Made by a program: the position numbers and the translations under genes. A stretch of 64,000 nt of DNA from Myxococcota bacterium (GTDB taxonomy: Bacteria > Myxococcota > UBA727 > VGSZ01): positions 668-64,667 of the forward strand of contig JBIKRQ010000003.1 of NCBI GenBank assembly GCA_044349155.1. Direction: 5' to 3'. A model generated the notes under the pieces. The model ran no database searches, was not told where the DNA came from, and worked only from the letters and a program-made list of their open reading frames with translations. Of this stretch, positions 27,614-36,926 are shown in pieces; the first letter of the stretch is position 1; each line of letters begins with the position of its first letter.

Positions 27614-27912
27614 CGCGCCACGTCCACGGCATCGGCAGACGCGTCAGCGGCGTCAGCGGCGTCGACGGGTGCTGACACGCCCAACAGCTCAAAGCAGCGG
27701 GCGCGCAGTTTGTCTCTGGCTTCGCCGTTGAGATTGCCGACCTTCGTGATGTTGTCGTCGTCGTCGAGCAGGAACTGCGTGAACGAGAACAAGCGCGCGG
27801 CGATCTCGGCCAGCCCGCTGTCGCCGGCCAGTGCCTCTGTGCGCGCCAACAACGACGCAACGGTGGACCCGGAGGCAGCAGGCTGCGAAGCAGTGGTGTC
27901 GTCGTCGCTCAT
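27610..27912 (-). CDS. small acidic hypothetical protein (100 aa), first gene of the five-gene operon
   Basis: ORF whose stop overlaps the start of the Rad50-like gene (ATGA). No recognisable domain. Confidence 0.5.
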   Translation of the reverse strand: MSDDDTTASQPAASGSTVASLLARTEALAGDSGLAEIAARLFSFTQFLLDDDDNITKVGNLNGEARDKLRARCFELLGVSAPVDAADAADASADAVDVAR

Positions 27913-27974
27913 GCCGCGTCGTCGCCCGCTACTGCTGCAAGGTCAACCGACGGCCGCTGCGGAGACGGTGTTGC

Positions 27975-29445
27975 TCACGGTGTCGTTGCGACCGCGGCCA
28001 CATCTCGGCCTGTGGCCCGCGCCAGGCGCACCACCGCGAGGCGTGCGTCGACGTGGGCGTTCACGGCTTCAACGCGCGCACGGAGCAATTCCGTTTCGGC
28101 ATCGGCGAGTTCGACGAGGGTGGCGCGGCCGGCCTGGTACAAATCAGCGCGCGCGCGGTAGCTGGCCTCGGCAGCCGTGCGGCCCTCTGTCGTCGTCACG
28201 AGCGCCACGTTCGCGTCGCGCACCGCAGCCAACGCTGTGGCGATCTCCATGCGAATGCCATCGAGCAGCGCGTTTTTCTGCGCGAGCAACTGCTGCCCAC
28301 GCGCATGCACCGTCGACGACGCGGCCATCGCCGCCGGAATGTCGCTGGGCGTCCAGCTCAACAACGCACCGGCATCCCAGGTCTGGTGGTACGTGTCGAC
28401 CGCGGGCACAAAGCGCGGGTGCGGGTTGCCGCCGATGGTGGTGGCCGTGACGTCGAGCCGCGGCGCCATCGCCGACCACGACGACCGCTCCTGCGCTTCG
28501 AGGGCAGCAATCTGCGCGGTGAGCACGCGGGGCTCGACGCGTTGTTCCAGGGCTTCGTCGACGAGCTGCTGCTCGGACTTCGCCAACAACGCCGACAGGT
28601 CCGGGGCACTCTTGAACACATCTTCGCCCACGGCGATGCGTTGCGTGTTCGCTGCGTGCACCAACGTGCGCAGCTGCGCATCGGCCACTTCAGCACCACT
28701 TTTGGCGCGCTGCTCGAACAAGCGTGACGACGACGCGGCGGCCTGCACGCGCAACACATCCGCCGACGACGCCGCCCCCACTTCGAAGGCGCGCTGCACA
28801 TCGCCGATGCGGGTCTCGGCGGTTTTGTGCGCTTTCTCTGCGACCAACGCCAACGCGTGCAACCGCGCCGCACTCAAGAACGCGACGCGGGCATCGGTGG
28901 CGGCTTTGATGCGGCCCACGTCGACGTCGAGTTCGGCGGCGCGTTGCGTGTCGCTCGCCGCACCAAACGACTTTCCACACGTAGTCAGAGATGGGCACGC
29001 TGATGCCCGCGCGCACGCTGTAGACGTCGAGATACACGGGAAAGCTGAAGTCCGGGGCCGCGATCAGGGTGCGATCTCCCAACGGCCCCGCAGCTCCCTG
29101 GACGACGACAAAGCGCGCCGCATCACCACCACCAAACGGTGGCGCTTCAATGTCGGACAAGCGCGTGTAGCCCGCCGACGCGGAAATGCGCGGGACGAAC
29201 GCGGCGGTGGCCGACAACCGGCCCGCTTCAGCGACGTGCAACGCCTCCTCACGCGCCTGCACATCCCAGCTGGTGTCGGCAGCCATGACGGCGACGCGGT
29301 CTTCGGTGAGGCCATCGCTGACCACGAGGCCGGCCAACGCACGGTCGAGTTCGGCCGCTTCGTCGACGACGGTGGCGGCGTCGACGCGTTGTTGCGCAGG
29401 TGTTTGCAGGGCCACGCAGGCCGAAAGCAGAAGTGCTGAATGCAT
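27975..29445 (-). pseudogene. NodT/TolC-family outer membrane factor lipoprotein, split by an apparent 1-nt frameshift near 28960-28985
   Basis: The N-terminal part (29445 downwards; MHSALLLSAC lipobox; ..ISVPISDYVW) continues in another frame as KSFGAASDTQRAAELDVDVGRIKAATD... through to 27975. It is the last gene of the marR-emrA-emrB-like operon. Confidence 0.65.
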
Positions 29446-29489
29446 GGTGTGCTCGACGACAAAGGGACAAAAAGAGAAGAGGGCTGCGC

Positions 29490-31097
29490 TCAGTGGGCAG
29501 CGGTGCGGTCGACGGTGGGGTCGGCGCGCTTGAGGAAAAACGGCACGATCAGCGAGAAGGCAAACAACACCGCGAGCAGCGAAAAGCCGTCGGAGAAGGC
29601 CATCGACAACCCCTGCAACTGCACGCGTCCGGCGAGTTGTGCTGTGGCTGCGGCGAGGGGATCGGCGACCTGCCCCGTCATGCCGCCCTTGATCGCCGCG
29701 AGTTGCGCGACCGCTGCTTCGTGCGTCGTGGAGACCGACTCAGCGAGGTACGCCGCGTGCTGCTTGGATTGATCTGCCAGGCGTGTCGACATCCACGCCG
29801 TGCCAATGCTGCCGCCGAGTTCGCGCGTGGCGTTGAACAAGCCCGAAGCACTGCCGCGTTGGTCGGGCCGCACTCCCGACATCGCGACGACGGTGAGGGG
29901 CACGAAGCAGAACGACAAACCGATGGCGCGCACGAAGATGGGCATGGTCATCGTGTCGATGTCGGCCAGCGGCGTGAGCCCGGCGTTCAACACCGTCGAC
30001 AGCGTGACCATCGCGAGGCCAAACACCAGGAACTTGCGTGGGTCGACCCTCGCCAACGTGGCGCCGACGATGGGCAGCAGCAGCAGTTGGATCCAGCTGC
30101 CGTGCAAAAAGATCGAGCCGATGTCGATCGCCTTCAGGTGCATCACCGTGCCCGAGAACAGCGAGTACAAAAAGCTGCCCGCAAACAGCACGGTGCCGAT
30201 CAGAAAGTTCAACAGCGTGGCCGCCGCGTAACCGGGTGCGGCGAACACGCGGAAGTCGACGACGGGGCTGTCGACCTCGAGTTCGTGCACCACAAACGTG
30301 ATCAGCGACGTCACCGCCACGATCGCCACCAGCGTGATCTCGGTGCTGTCGAACCAGCCTTCGCGGTTGCCTTCTTCGAGCACGAACTGCAGCGAGATCA
30401 TGCCCACAGCCAACAGGCCGATGCCTTTGACGTCGATGGGGCGCAGGTCGGGCTCGAAGCCTTCTTCTTTGATTTGGGTCCACACCAAAAACGCGGCGAA
30501 CGAACCGATGGGCACGTTGACGAGAAACATCCAGTGCCAGCTGAGGTGCTCGATCAACACGCCGCCGATGGTGGGGCCGAGCAGCGGGCCGGTGATGGCG
30601 CCGAGGCCAAACAACGCACCGGCGATGCCTGCTTGTTCACGAGGCCAGCGCGCAAACAACGTGGCTTGTGCGGTGGGGATGATGGCGCCGCCGCCGATGC
30701 CCTGCAGGATGCGAAACGCCACCAACGACGGCAGGTTCCACGAGATGCCGCACAGCACACTCGCGAACGTGAACAGCACGATCGACGCCGTGAAGTAGCG
30801 ACGAATGCCGAAGCGCCGCTGCAGAAATCCCGACATCGGAATGACGGTGATGTTGGCCATCGCGTAGCCCGTCGACACCCACGCAATCTGGTCCAGCGGC
30901 GTGCCGAAGCTTGCGCGGATGTTGGTGAGGCCGACGTTGACGATGCTGATGTCGAGCACGCTCATGAGCGCTGCGGCCATGGCGGCGACCGTGATCGCCG
31001 CCTTCGAGCCGGTGACCACACCGGTGTTGCCCGCCAACGACGACGACGACGATGACGACGGCGGTCGTGCTGGTGCTGCGGAAGGAGAAGTGCTCAT
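29490..31097 (-). CDS. MFS drug:H+ antiporter, DHA2/EmrB-QacA family (14-TMS type)
   Basis: 535 aa. LDISIVNVGLTNIRASFG and WVSTGYAMANITVIPMSGFL motifs, with many TM segments. Confidence 0.85.
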   Translation of the reverse strand: MSTSPSAAPARPPSSSSSSSLAGNTGVVTGSKAAITVAAMAAALMSVLDISIVNVGLTNIRASFGTPLDQIAWVSTGYAMANITVIPMSGFLQRRFGIRRYFTASIVLFTFASVLCGISWNLPSLVAFRILQGIGGGAIIPTAQATLFARWPREQAGIAGALFGLGAITGPLLGPTIGGVLIEHLSWHWMFLVNVPIGSFAAFLVWTQIKEEGFEPDLRPIDVKGIGLLAVGMISLQFVLEEGNREGWFDSTEITLVAIVAVTSLITFVVHELEVDSPVVDFRVFAAPGYAAATLLNFLIGTVLFAGSFLYSLFSGTVMHLKAIDIGSIFLHGSWIQLLLLPIVGATLARVDPRKFLVFGLAMVTLSTVLNAGLTPLADIDTMTMPIFVRAIGLSFCFVPLTVVAMSGVRPDQRGSASGLFNATRELGGSIGTAWMSTRLADQSKQHAAYLAESVSTTHEAAVAQLAAIKGGMTGQVADPLAAATAQLAGRVQLQGLSMAFSDGFSLLAVLFAFSLIVPFFLKRADPTVDRTAAH

Positions 31098-31100
31098 GGC

Positions 31101-32306
31101 CTACTCCGTCACGACGGTGACTTCGGTGCTCATGCCCGGGCGCAGCAGGACCGTGGGCGGTGCATCAAAGCGCAGCACCACCGGCACACGCTGCACCACC
31201 TTGACGAAGTTGCCCGAGGCATTGTCGGGCGGCAGCAACGAGAAGCGGCTGCCCGTACCACCCGAGATGGCGTCGACGTGGGCTTCGAGCTTCACGCCTT
31301 CGAAGGTGTCGACGACGATGGTGGCCTTCTGGCCCTCTTTCATGTGGGCGATCTGGTCTTCTTTGAAGTTGGCCGTGACCCACACATCGGTGAGCGCCAC
31401 GATCGCACACAGCGTGCGCTCGGGGCCCACCATCATGCCGGGCTCGACGTTCTTTCGGGCCACCACACCGTCGACGGGAGCGCGCACCGTCGCGTACGAC
31501 AACGCCAACCCTGCCAACTTGCGCGAGGCCTCGGCCTGCATCAAGCGCGCTTCGGCCACGCCCACTGCAGCACGTGCCGCCTCGAGCTGCTCGGGCACGG
31601 TCTCTGCCTGAGCCACACGACCACGCGCGAGTTCCAGGCCGCCTTCGCTGCCCGTGATCGACGCCGCCGTGCTCGCCATTTTGGCCTCGGCCTGCTCCCT
31701 GGAGGCCTTCGCCTGGTCGAACGCCGACTGGCGCGCATCCAGGTCGGCCTGCGACACCGCGCGGCGCTCAAACAGCCCCTGGCTGCGCGAGAGCTCGATG
31801 GCCGCCAACGACAACCGCGTCTCGGCCGCCGACACGTCCGCCTTCGACTGGTTCAACGTGGCGCGGCTGGCATCCACCGAGCTCGAGGCCTGGTTCAAGC
31901 CACCGCGGGCCTGCACCAGCGACGCCTTCGCCGTCTTCGTCGTCACCGCCAACTGCGCGTCGGCCGACGCCTTCTGTGCGCGCGCTTGCGCGAGGTCGGC
32001 TTCGGCAAGCTCAAGGCGTGCGGCGAGGTCGGCGGGGTCGAGCTCGACGAGGATGTCGCCGGCCTTCACCGGCTGGCCATCCTTCACCAACACGCGCGCC
32101 ACCTGGCCCGCGACACGGGCAGCCACCGGCGCGACGTGCGCTTCGACAAACGCGTCGTCGGTGGACTCTTTGCCCTTGTTGAGCAGGCGCACGACGCCAA
32201 AGGCACCACCCGCCACCACCACCAAAGCCAACGCCACCAGCGGCGCCTTCTTCTTCTTCGGTGCAACAGCTGGAGCAGCAGAAGCGGGAGCGGCGGGGTC
32301 GGCCAT
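31101..32306 (-). CDS. HlyD/EmrA-family membrane fusion protein
   Basis: 401 aa with an N-terminal TM. Motifs: VAARVAGQVARVLVKDGQPVKAGDILVELD lipoyl-like, long coiled coil, APVDGVVARKNVEPG and FVKVVQRVPV. Confidence 0.85.
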   Translation of the reverse strand: MADPAAPASAAPAVAPKKKKAPLVALALVVVAGGAFGVVRLLNKGKESTDDAFVEAHVAPVAARVAGQVARVLVKDGQPVKAGDILVELDPADLAARLELAEADLAQARAQKASADAQLAVTTKTAKASLVQARGGLNQASSSVDASRATLNQSKADVSAAETRLSLAAIELSRSQGLFERRAVSQADLDARQSAFDQAKASREQAEAKMASTAASITGSEGGLELARGRVAQAETVPEQLEAARAAVGVAEARLMQAEASRKLAGLALSYATVRAPVDGVVARKNVEPGMMVGPERTLCAIVALTDVWVTANFKEDQIAHMKEGQKATIVVDTFEGVKLEAHVDAISGGTGSRFSLLPPDNASGNFVKVVQRVPVVLRFDAPPTVLLRPGMSTEVTVVTE

Positions 32307-32405
32307 CGGTGAATCCTTGTGGGCGTGTGTCGCGTATGAAGTCGTAAGGCGCCAAACCTTCAGCGGGCTTCGACTTCGAACCGCTTGAAAAAGCGCAGAA
32401 AAATG

Positions 32406-32984
32406 TCAGTCGCTCTCGCCGCCGGTGTCGGTATCGGCAGCGGTGAGGCGCGCTGAAGCAGGTGGTTGTGGCAGTTCAAAGGCATCGAAGCCGTCGAACA
32501 CCTTCTGCAGCAGGTGCTCGAACTGCTCGCGTTCGGTTGGGCTGAAGTCACGCAACACGCCAGCGATGCGGGCGAAGTGGTCGGGCATCATCGCTTCGAG
32601 GAAGCGGCGACCGGTGAGCGACAGGCGCACGAGCACCGATCGCTTGTCGTCAGGGTCCGGCTCGCGGGCGACCATGGCATCGCGCTCAAGCGTGTCGATC
32701 AAACCCGTGATGGTGGCGCGTGTGACGTTGAGAACGTCGGCGAGGGCCGCGGGGGTCAGGCCATGGCCCGCGGCCGTGTGCAGATTGACGAGCACCAAAA
32801 AGCGCGCCTGCGAGATGCCATGGCGGGCGAAGTGGGCATCGGCCGACTTGTCGGCACGCGAGATCACGCGCCGCAGCAGCAGATACACGCGCAGCGAGTC
32901 GGCATCGAACGTGGGGTAGTGCGAAGCGGCCCTGGCGATCGCAGGAAGGTCGTGGGCCAGCGGGTGGGCGCGTTGCTCGGGCAT
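32406..32984 (-). CDS. MarR-family transcriptional regulator
   Basis: ORF 32406..33080. ATG at 32984 is preferred because it leaves a 125-nt divergent intergenic region. Winged-helix core GISQARFLVLVNL...LADVLNVTRATITGLIDTLERDAMVARE. Confidence 0.8.
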   Translation of the reverse strand: MPEQRAHPLAHDLPAIARAASHYPTFDADSLRVYLLLRRVISRADKSADAHFARHGISQARFLVLVNLHTAAGHGLTPAALADVLNVTRATITGLIDTLERDAMVAREPDPDDKRSVLVRLSLTGRRFLEAMMPDHFARIAGVLRDFSPTEREQFEHLLQKVFDGFDAFELPQPPASARLTAADTDTGGESD

Positions 32985-33109
32985 GGCGGCCGATCTAGTT
33001 AGGGGCCAAACCATGTGCAAGCGCTCGTCGAGATCTGGCGCTGCAATGGTGCGGACATGTGTCCCGTCGCGGTGGTTCACAGCACTGCAGCGGGTGTTGC
33101 TAGAGACGC

Positions 33110-33529
33110 TTGATGACCACGTCTGTCACCCCCATCGTTGTGCGTTCCACCGACCTCGACGCCTACGGCCACGTGAACAACGCGCGCTACGTCGAGTACT
33201 TCGAGTGGGGCCGCTTCGACTGGCTGAAAGACACGGGCCTCGAGACAGCGATGCAGGCAGATCAGACGGCCTACGTCGTCGTCAACGTCAACGTCGCCTA
33301 CCGTGCCGAGGCCCGTCGCAGTGACGAGCTCGTGCTGACCACGCGGCTGGCGGGCATTGGCAAGAGCTCGTTGCGCATGGTGCAGCAGCTGAAGAACGCC
33401 GCCGGCGTCGTGGTGGCTGAGGGCGAAGTGGTGTTGGCGGCCTTCGATCCGATCACGCGCAAGGGGCAACGCCTGCCCGAGCGCCACGTCGAGCTGCTCA
33501 CGCCGCAGGTGGTAGCTTCGTTGGCATGA
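33110..33529 (+). CDS. acyl-CoA thioesterase, 4HBT/YbgC family
   Basis: 139 aa. STDLDAYGHVNNARYVEYFEWGR hot-dog thioesterase motif. Confidence 0.8.
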   Translation: MMTTSVTPIVVRSTDLDAYGHVNNARYVEYFEWGRFDWLKDTGLETAMQADQTAYVVVNVNVAYRAEARRSDELVLTTRLAGIGKSSLRMVQQLKNAAGVVVAEGEVVLAAFDPITRKGQRLPERHVELLTPQVVASLA

Positions 33530-34374
33530 TGCAGGTGCCCCACCGCACTCGCCGGCTGCGCGACAACGGCAACAACGACGACAACGATGCTGACGTCAAT
33601 GACTTCGTCGACGATGTGTTGGCGGCCGAAGCACCGTTGGCGCTGCAACTGCGCGAGCACGACGGCCCCTGGCGGCACGTGGCGGTGCTGATGCGCACCC
33701 CCGACGACGACGACCTCCGCGACGAAGAGCTGGTGCTCGGCTTTTTGCGCACCGAAGGGGTCATCGACAGCGCGCGCGATGTGGCAGCGATCGGCCACTG
33801 CACCACCGTCGAGCACGAGGGAGCCGAGGGCAACGTCGTGCAGGTGCGCTTGCACGACGGCGTGCGCGTCGACTGGGCGCGTCTGCAGCGCAGCACGTTT
33901 TCGTCGTCGTCGTGCGGAGTGTGCGGCAAGGCCAGCATCGAGGCGGTGTGTCAGCTCGTGCCGCCAGCGACGTCACCGGCGCCGGCACCGCCGTCGTTGT
34001 CGTGGTGTGTGCAGGCGACGACGACGTTGCAGGCGCAGCAGCCCTTGTTTGCGGCAACGGGCGCTTGTCATGGCGCGATGCTGCAGCGTGCTGGTGGTCA
34101 TGTGGTGGCGGTGCGCGAAGACGTCGGCCGCCACAACGCTGTCGACAAGGTGATTGGCCACGCCCTGCGCTCCGGCGTGTTCGAAGCGTTTGACGACGTG
34201 GTGTTGGTGGTGAGCGGCCGCATCGCCTTTGAGATCGTGCAGAAGGCGGCGATGGTGGGCCTCCGCACCATCGTGGCCGTTGGCGCGCCCACAAGCCTGG
34301 CGGTCGAGTTGGCGGCCACGTGCGGCATCACCCTGGTGGGGTTTGTGCGAGCGGGCCGCGCCAACGTCTACTGA
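33526..34374 (+). CDS. fdhD: FdhD formate dehydrogenase accessory sulfurtransferase
   Basis: SSSCGVCGKASIE, EDVGRHNAVDKVIGHAL and VSGRIAFEIVQKAAMVGL motifs. Start overlaps the thioesterase stop (ATGA). Confidence 0.85.
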   Translation: MMQVPHRTRRLRDNGNNDDNDADVNDFVDDVLAAEAPLALQLREHDGPWRHVAVLMRTPDDDDLRDEELVLGFLRTEGVIDSARDVAAIGHCTTVEHEGAEGNVVQVRLHDGVRVDWARLQRSTFSSSSCGVCGKASIEAVCQLVPPATSPAPAPPSLSWCVQATTTLQAQQPLFAATGACHGAMLQRAGGHVVAVREDVGRHNAVDKVIGHALRSGVFEAFDDVVLVVSGRIAFEIVQKAAMVGLRTIVAVGAPTSLAVELAATCGITLVGFVRAGRANVY

Positions 34375-34512
34375 CCCGCTGAATCCGACGGACAGGTCGA
34401 AGAGCCTTCGGTGATCGCGGCTTGATCGCGGCGGTGATCGCGGTCGCCCGATCGGCCGGCCGGATCTGTCCCAGCCGAGCGGGATGGCGTTGCAGCCCGC
34501 TAGACTGCGTAC

Positions 34513-34965
34513 ATGTCGTCCACCATACCGCCGCCGTCCGTCGGATCTGCAGGGGGGAATCCTGTAGAAGATCAGGGGGTTGGAAAAAGGAAAGGGCCGG
34601 GGCTTCATAAGAAGCCACCTCGTGCCGACAGTACTGCAACGAAGGAGCAGCTTGTGAGGGTCAAAGACACCACACCAGTGGCCCGCGTCGACGGCGCTAC
34701 CGAAGCACGCGGGGCATCCCCGTCGGCTCCGGGCACGACCGCCACGCCCGCCGACAAGGTGAGCGTGGAAGAGACCCGGGATCGCACAGCGGTTGCTGCG
34801 GAGGTGCGCCGACAGGTCGGCGACATCCGGCAGCAGCAGTTGGCGGAGATCGAAGCCGCAGTCCGGGGCGGGACCTACAAACCCGACCCGCGGTTGATCG
34901 CCGAACGCATCCTGCAAGCGGCCGCTCTCGACGCGACGTTGGCAGTGAACCTGAGGAAGCCATGA
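34513..34965 (+). CDS. flgM: FlgM-like anti-sigma-28 factor (start uncertain)
   Basis: The C-terminal IEAAVRGGTYKPDPRLIAERIL resembles the FlgM signature. It lies directly upstream of flgN/flgK/flgL. The N-terminal half is disordered-looking. Confidence 0.6.
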   Translation: MSSTIPPPSVGSAGGNPVEDQGVGKRKGPGLHKKPPRADSTATKEQLVRVKDTTPVARVDGATEARGASPSAPGTTATPADKVSVEETRDRTAVAAEVRRQVGDIRQQQLAEIEAAVRGGTYKPDPRLIAERILQAAALDATLAVNLRKP

Positions 34966-35417
34966 CCCCACAGACCCTGGCCGCCCAATCCGCTTTGACC
35001 GCCCTGCAGGGCACGCTCGAGTGGTTGGAACAGCGGCTGGGGTTGTTGGCCGAAGCCGCCCTGCGGTTCGACGTCGCCGAAGTCATCGCGCTCACCGCCG
35101 CCATCGACCGCGGCCAGGACGAGCTGCACACCCGCCAGCTCGACTGCGCCAACGCCCTGTCCGCCGCCCAGGCTGTCGACCCCGAAGGCGCTCGCGTCAC
35201 GTTGCGTCCCTTGCGCGTCGACGTCCGCGCCCGCGCCGTGCGCCTGCAGGAAGTGCAGCGCAGCACCCGCCAGATCGTTGAACGGGCCCGCAGCTTCGCC
35301 TCCGCCCATGCCCGTTCCCTGGTGTCTGCACCGTCGCCCACGGTGGGCTACAGCCGTCGTGGGGCGGCCGCCGCTGCTCCGTCGCTGGCGGGCGCCTTGC
35401 ACGACGCGACGGTGTGA
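34962..35417 (+). CDS. flgN: FlgN-like flagellar export chaperone
   Basis: 151-aa helical protein between flgM and flgK. The call is positional with weak motif support only. Confidence 0.5.
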   Translation: MTPQTLAAQSALTALQGTLEWLEQRLGLLAEAALRFDVAEVIALTAAIDRGQDELHTRQLDCANALSAAQAVDPEGARVTLRPLRVDVRARAVRLQEVQRSTRQIVERARSFASAHARSLVSAPSPTVGYSRRGAAAAAPSLAGALHDATV

Positions 35418-35418
35418 C

Positions 35419-36816
35419 ATGAGTGGACTCTTCTCGGTCCTGCACAACGGCGCTCGCGCCCTCACGGCGCAACGCGTGGCCATGTCCACGGCCAGCCACA
35501 ACATCGAGAACGTGAGCACCGAAGGCTACACGCGCCAACGCGTCAGCCTCGAGGCACTCCCCGCCGAGAACAACACACCCGCCGGCATGGTGGGCACCGG
35601 CGTGCGCGTCACCACGGTCACCACGGCCCGCGACCGCTTCCTCGAGGCACGGCTGCCATCGATGCGTGGCGAGTCGGGCAGTGCCACCTCGCGAGCGGGC
35701 GCACTCGAGGCGGTCACCGCGTTTGACGGTGAAAGCGGCGCCAACATCGCCGGCCGCCTCGGCGACTTCTTCGCGGCCTTGCAGCAGTTGCAGACGCGCC
35801 CTGCCGACGTGTCGGTGCGGCAAGCGGCGGTTGGTGCCGCCAGCGACTTCACGCGGGCGGTGGGCCGGGCGTCGGCCGACCTGGCGTCGGCGAAAAACTC
35901 GATCGACGTCGACCTGCGCGCACGCGCCCCCGAGATTCAGCAGCTCGCCAACCGCGTCGCTCAACTCAACGCCGACATTGGCGCCACCGTGGGCTCTGGT
36001 GGCCCCGCCAACGACCTCATCGACCAACGGCAGGTGGCCATCGACGCGCTCGCCGCCGAAGTGGGTGCCACCGTCGTGCCGAGCGACAGCTTCGCCGCCA
36101 CCCTCGTTCTGCCAGGTGGACAAACCATCGTGGCGGGCGATCGCGCAGCAACCATCACCACCGCCTCGGGCCCCGACGGTCGGGTGCTGCTGTCGGTGAG
36201 CGGCACCGACGGCGCGCCGGCCAGGCTGTTTGACCAAACCCAGGTCGGCGGAGCTGTGGGCGGCTTGATCACCGCCCGCGACGAAGACATCGCGAGTGCC
36301 GAAGCCGCCCTCGACACCTTCGCCTTCGACCTCGCCAACGCCTTCAACGCCGCGCACTCCACGGGCATCGCGCTCGATGGCAGCAGCGGCCGCGACTTGT
36401 TCGCGGTGACGGCCACGTCGGCAGGTGCGGCGCGCACGATCGCGGTGTCGTCGACGATCGCGGGGAATCCATCGTTGTTGGGGGCGTCGTCGACGGGGGC
36501 CACTGGCGATGCCGGCGGTGTGCAGTCGTTGTTGCAGGTGCGCGACACAGCGATCGCGGGCACCACCGATCCGTTTTCGGCGTTGGCCGACATGACCTCG
36601 AGCTTCGGTGAGCGCGCCCGCAGTGCCAGCGTCGATCGCACATCGAGCGCGAGCTTGTTGGCCCACGGCGTGAGCCTGCGCGAAGGCGTGTCGGGGGTGT
36701 CGATCGACGAGGAGCTTGTGGAATTGCAGCGCGCCGAGCGGGCGTTTCAGGCGGCCACCAAGGTGATCAGCACCGCCGACCAGATGCTGCAGACCGTGCT
36801 CGACATCAAGAAGTAG
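35419..36816 (+). CDS. flgK: flagellar hook-associated protein 1 FlgK
   Basis: ATG at 35419. MSGLFSVLHNGARALTAQRVAMSTASHNIENVSTEGYTRQ is the FlgK N-terminal signature. The C-terminal IDEELVELQRAERAFQAATKVI is the rod/hook C-terminal motif. Confidence 0.88.
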   Translation: MSGLFSVLHNGARALTAQRVAMSTASHNIENVSTEGYTRQRVSLEALPAENNTPAGMVGTGVRVTTVTTARDRFLEARLPSMRGESGSATSRAGALEAVTAFDGESGANIAGRLGDFFAALQQLQTRPADVSVRQAAVGAASDFTRAVGRASADLASAKNSIDVDLRARAPEIQQLANRVAQLNADIGATVGSGGPANDLIDQRQVAIDALAAEVGATVVPSDSFAATLVLPGGQTIVAGDRAATITTASGPDGRVLLSVSGTDGAPARLFDQTQVGGAVGGLITARDEDIASAEAALDTFAFDLANAFNAAHSTGIALDGSSGRDLFAVTATSAGAARTIAVSSTIAGNPSLLGASSTGATGDAGGVQSLLQVRDTAIAGTTDPFSALADMTSSFGERARSASVDRTSSASLLAHGVSLREGVSGVSIDEELVELQRAERAFQAATKVISTADQMLQTVLDIKK

Positions 36817-36926
36817 CGATGTGGCTTCTTCGGCTCGCGCTGAAGAAGCGCCGAAGAAGTTTTGACTGCTCCTTCGGTTGGCGCCGAAGAAGTCACGACG
36901 AAGAAGCAGTGCAGGCAGGAGTGAGT

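Noticed and set aside
27975-29445. Treating ORFs 28690-29445 and 27975-28919 as two separate genes.
   Set aside because: The first becomes Arg-rich nonsense after ~146 residues. The second is the seamless continuation of a TolC-family protein in another frame. One frameshifted gene is the simpler explanation.
34470-34512. Sigma-54 (GG-N10-GC) or sigma-28 promoter upstream of flgM.
   Set aside because: The GG/GC spacing in atGGcgttgcagcccGC is off by one from the consensus, and no TAAA/GCCGATAA-like pair is present. The evidence is too weak to call.
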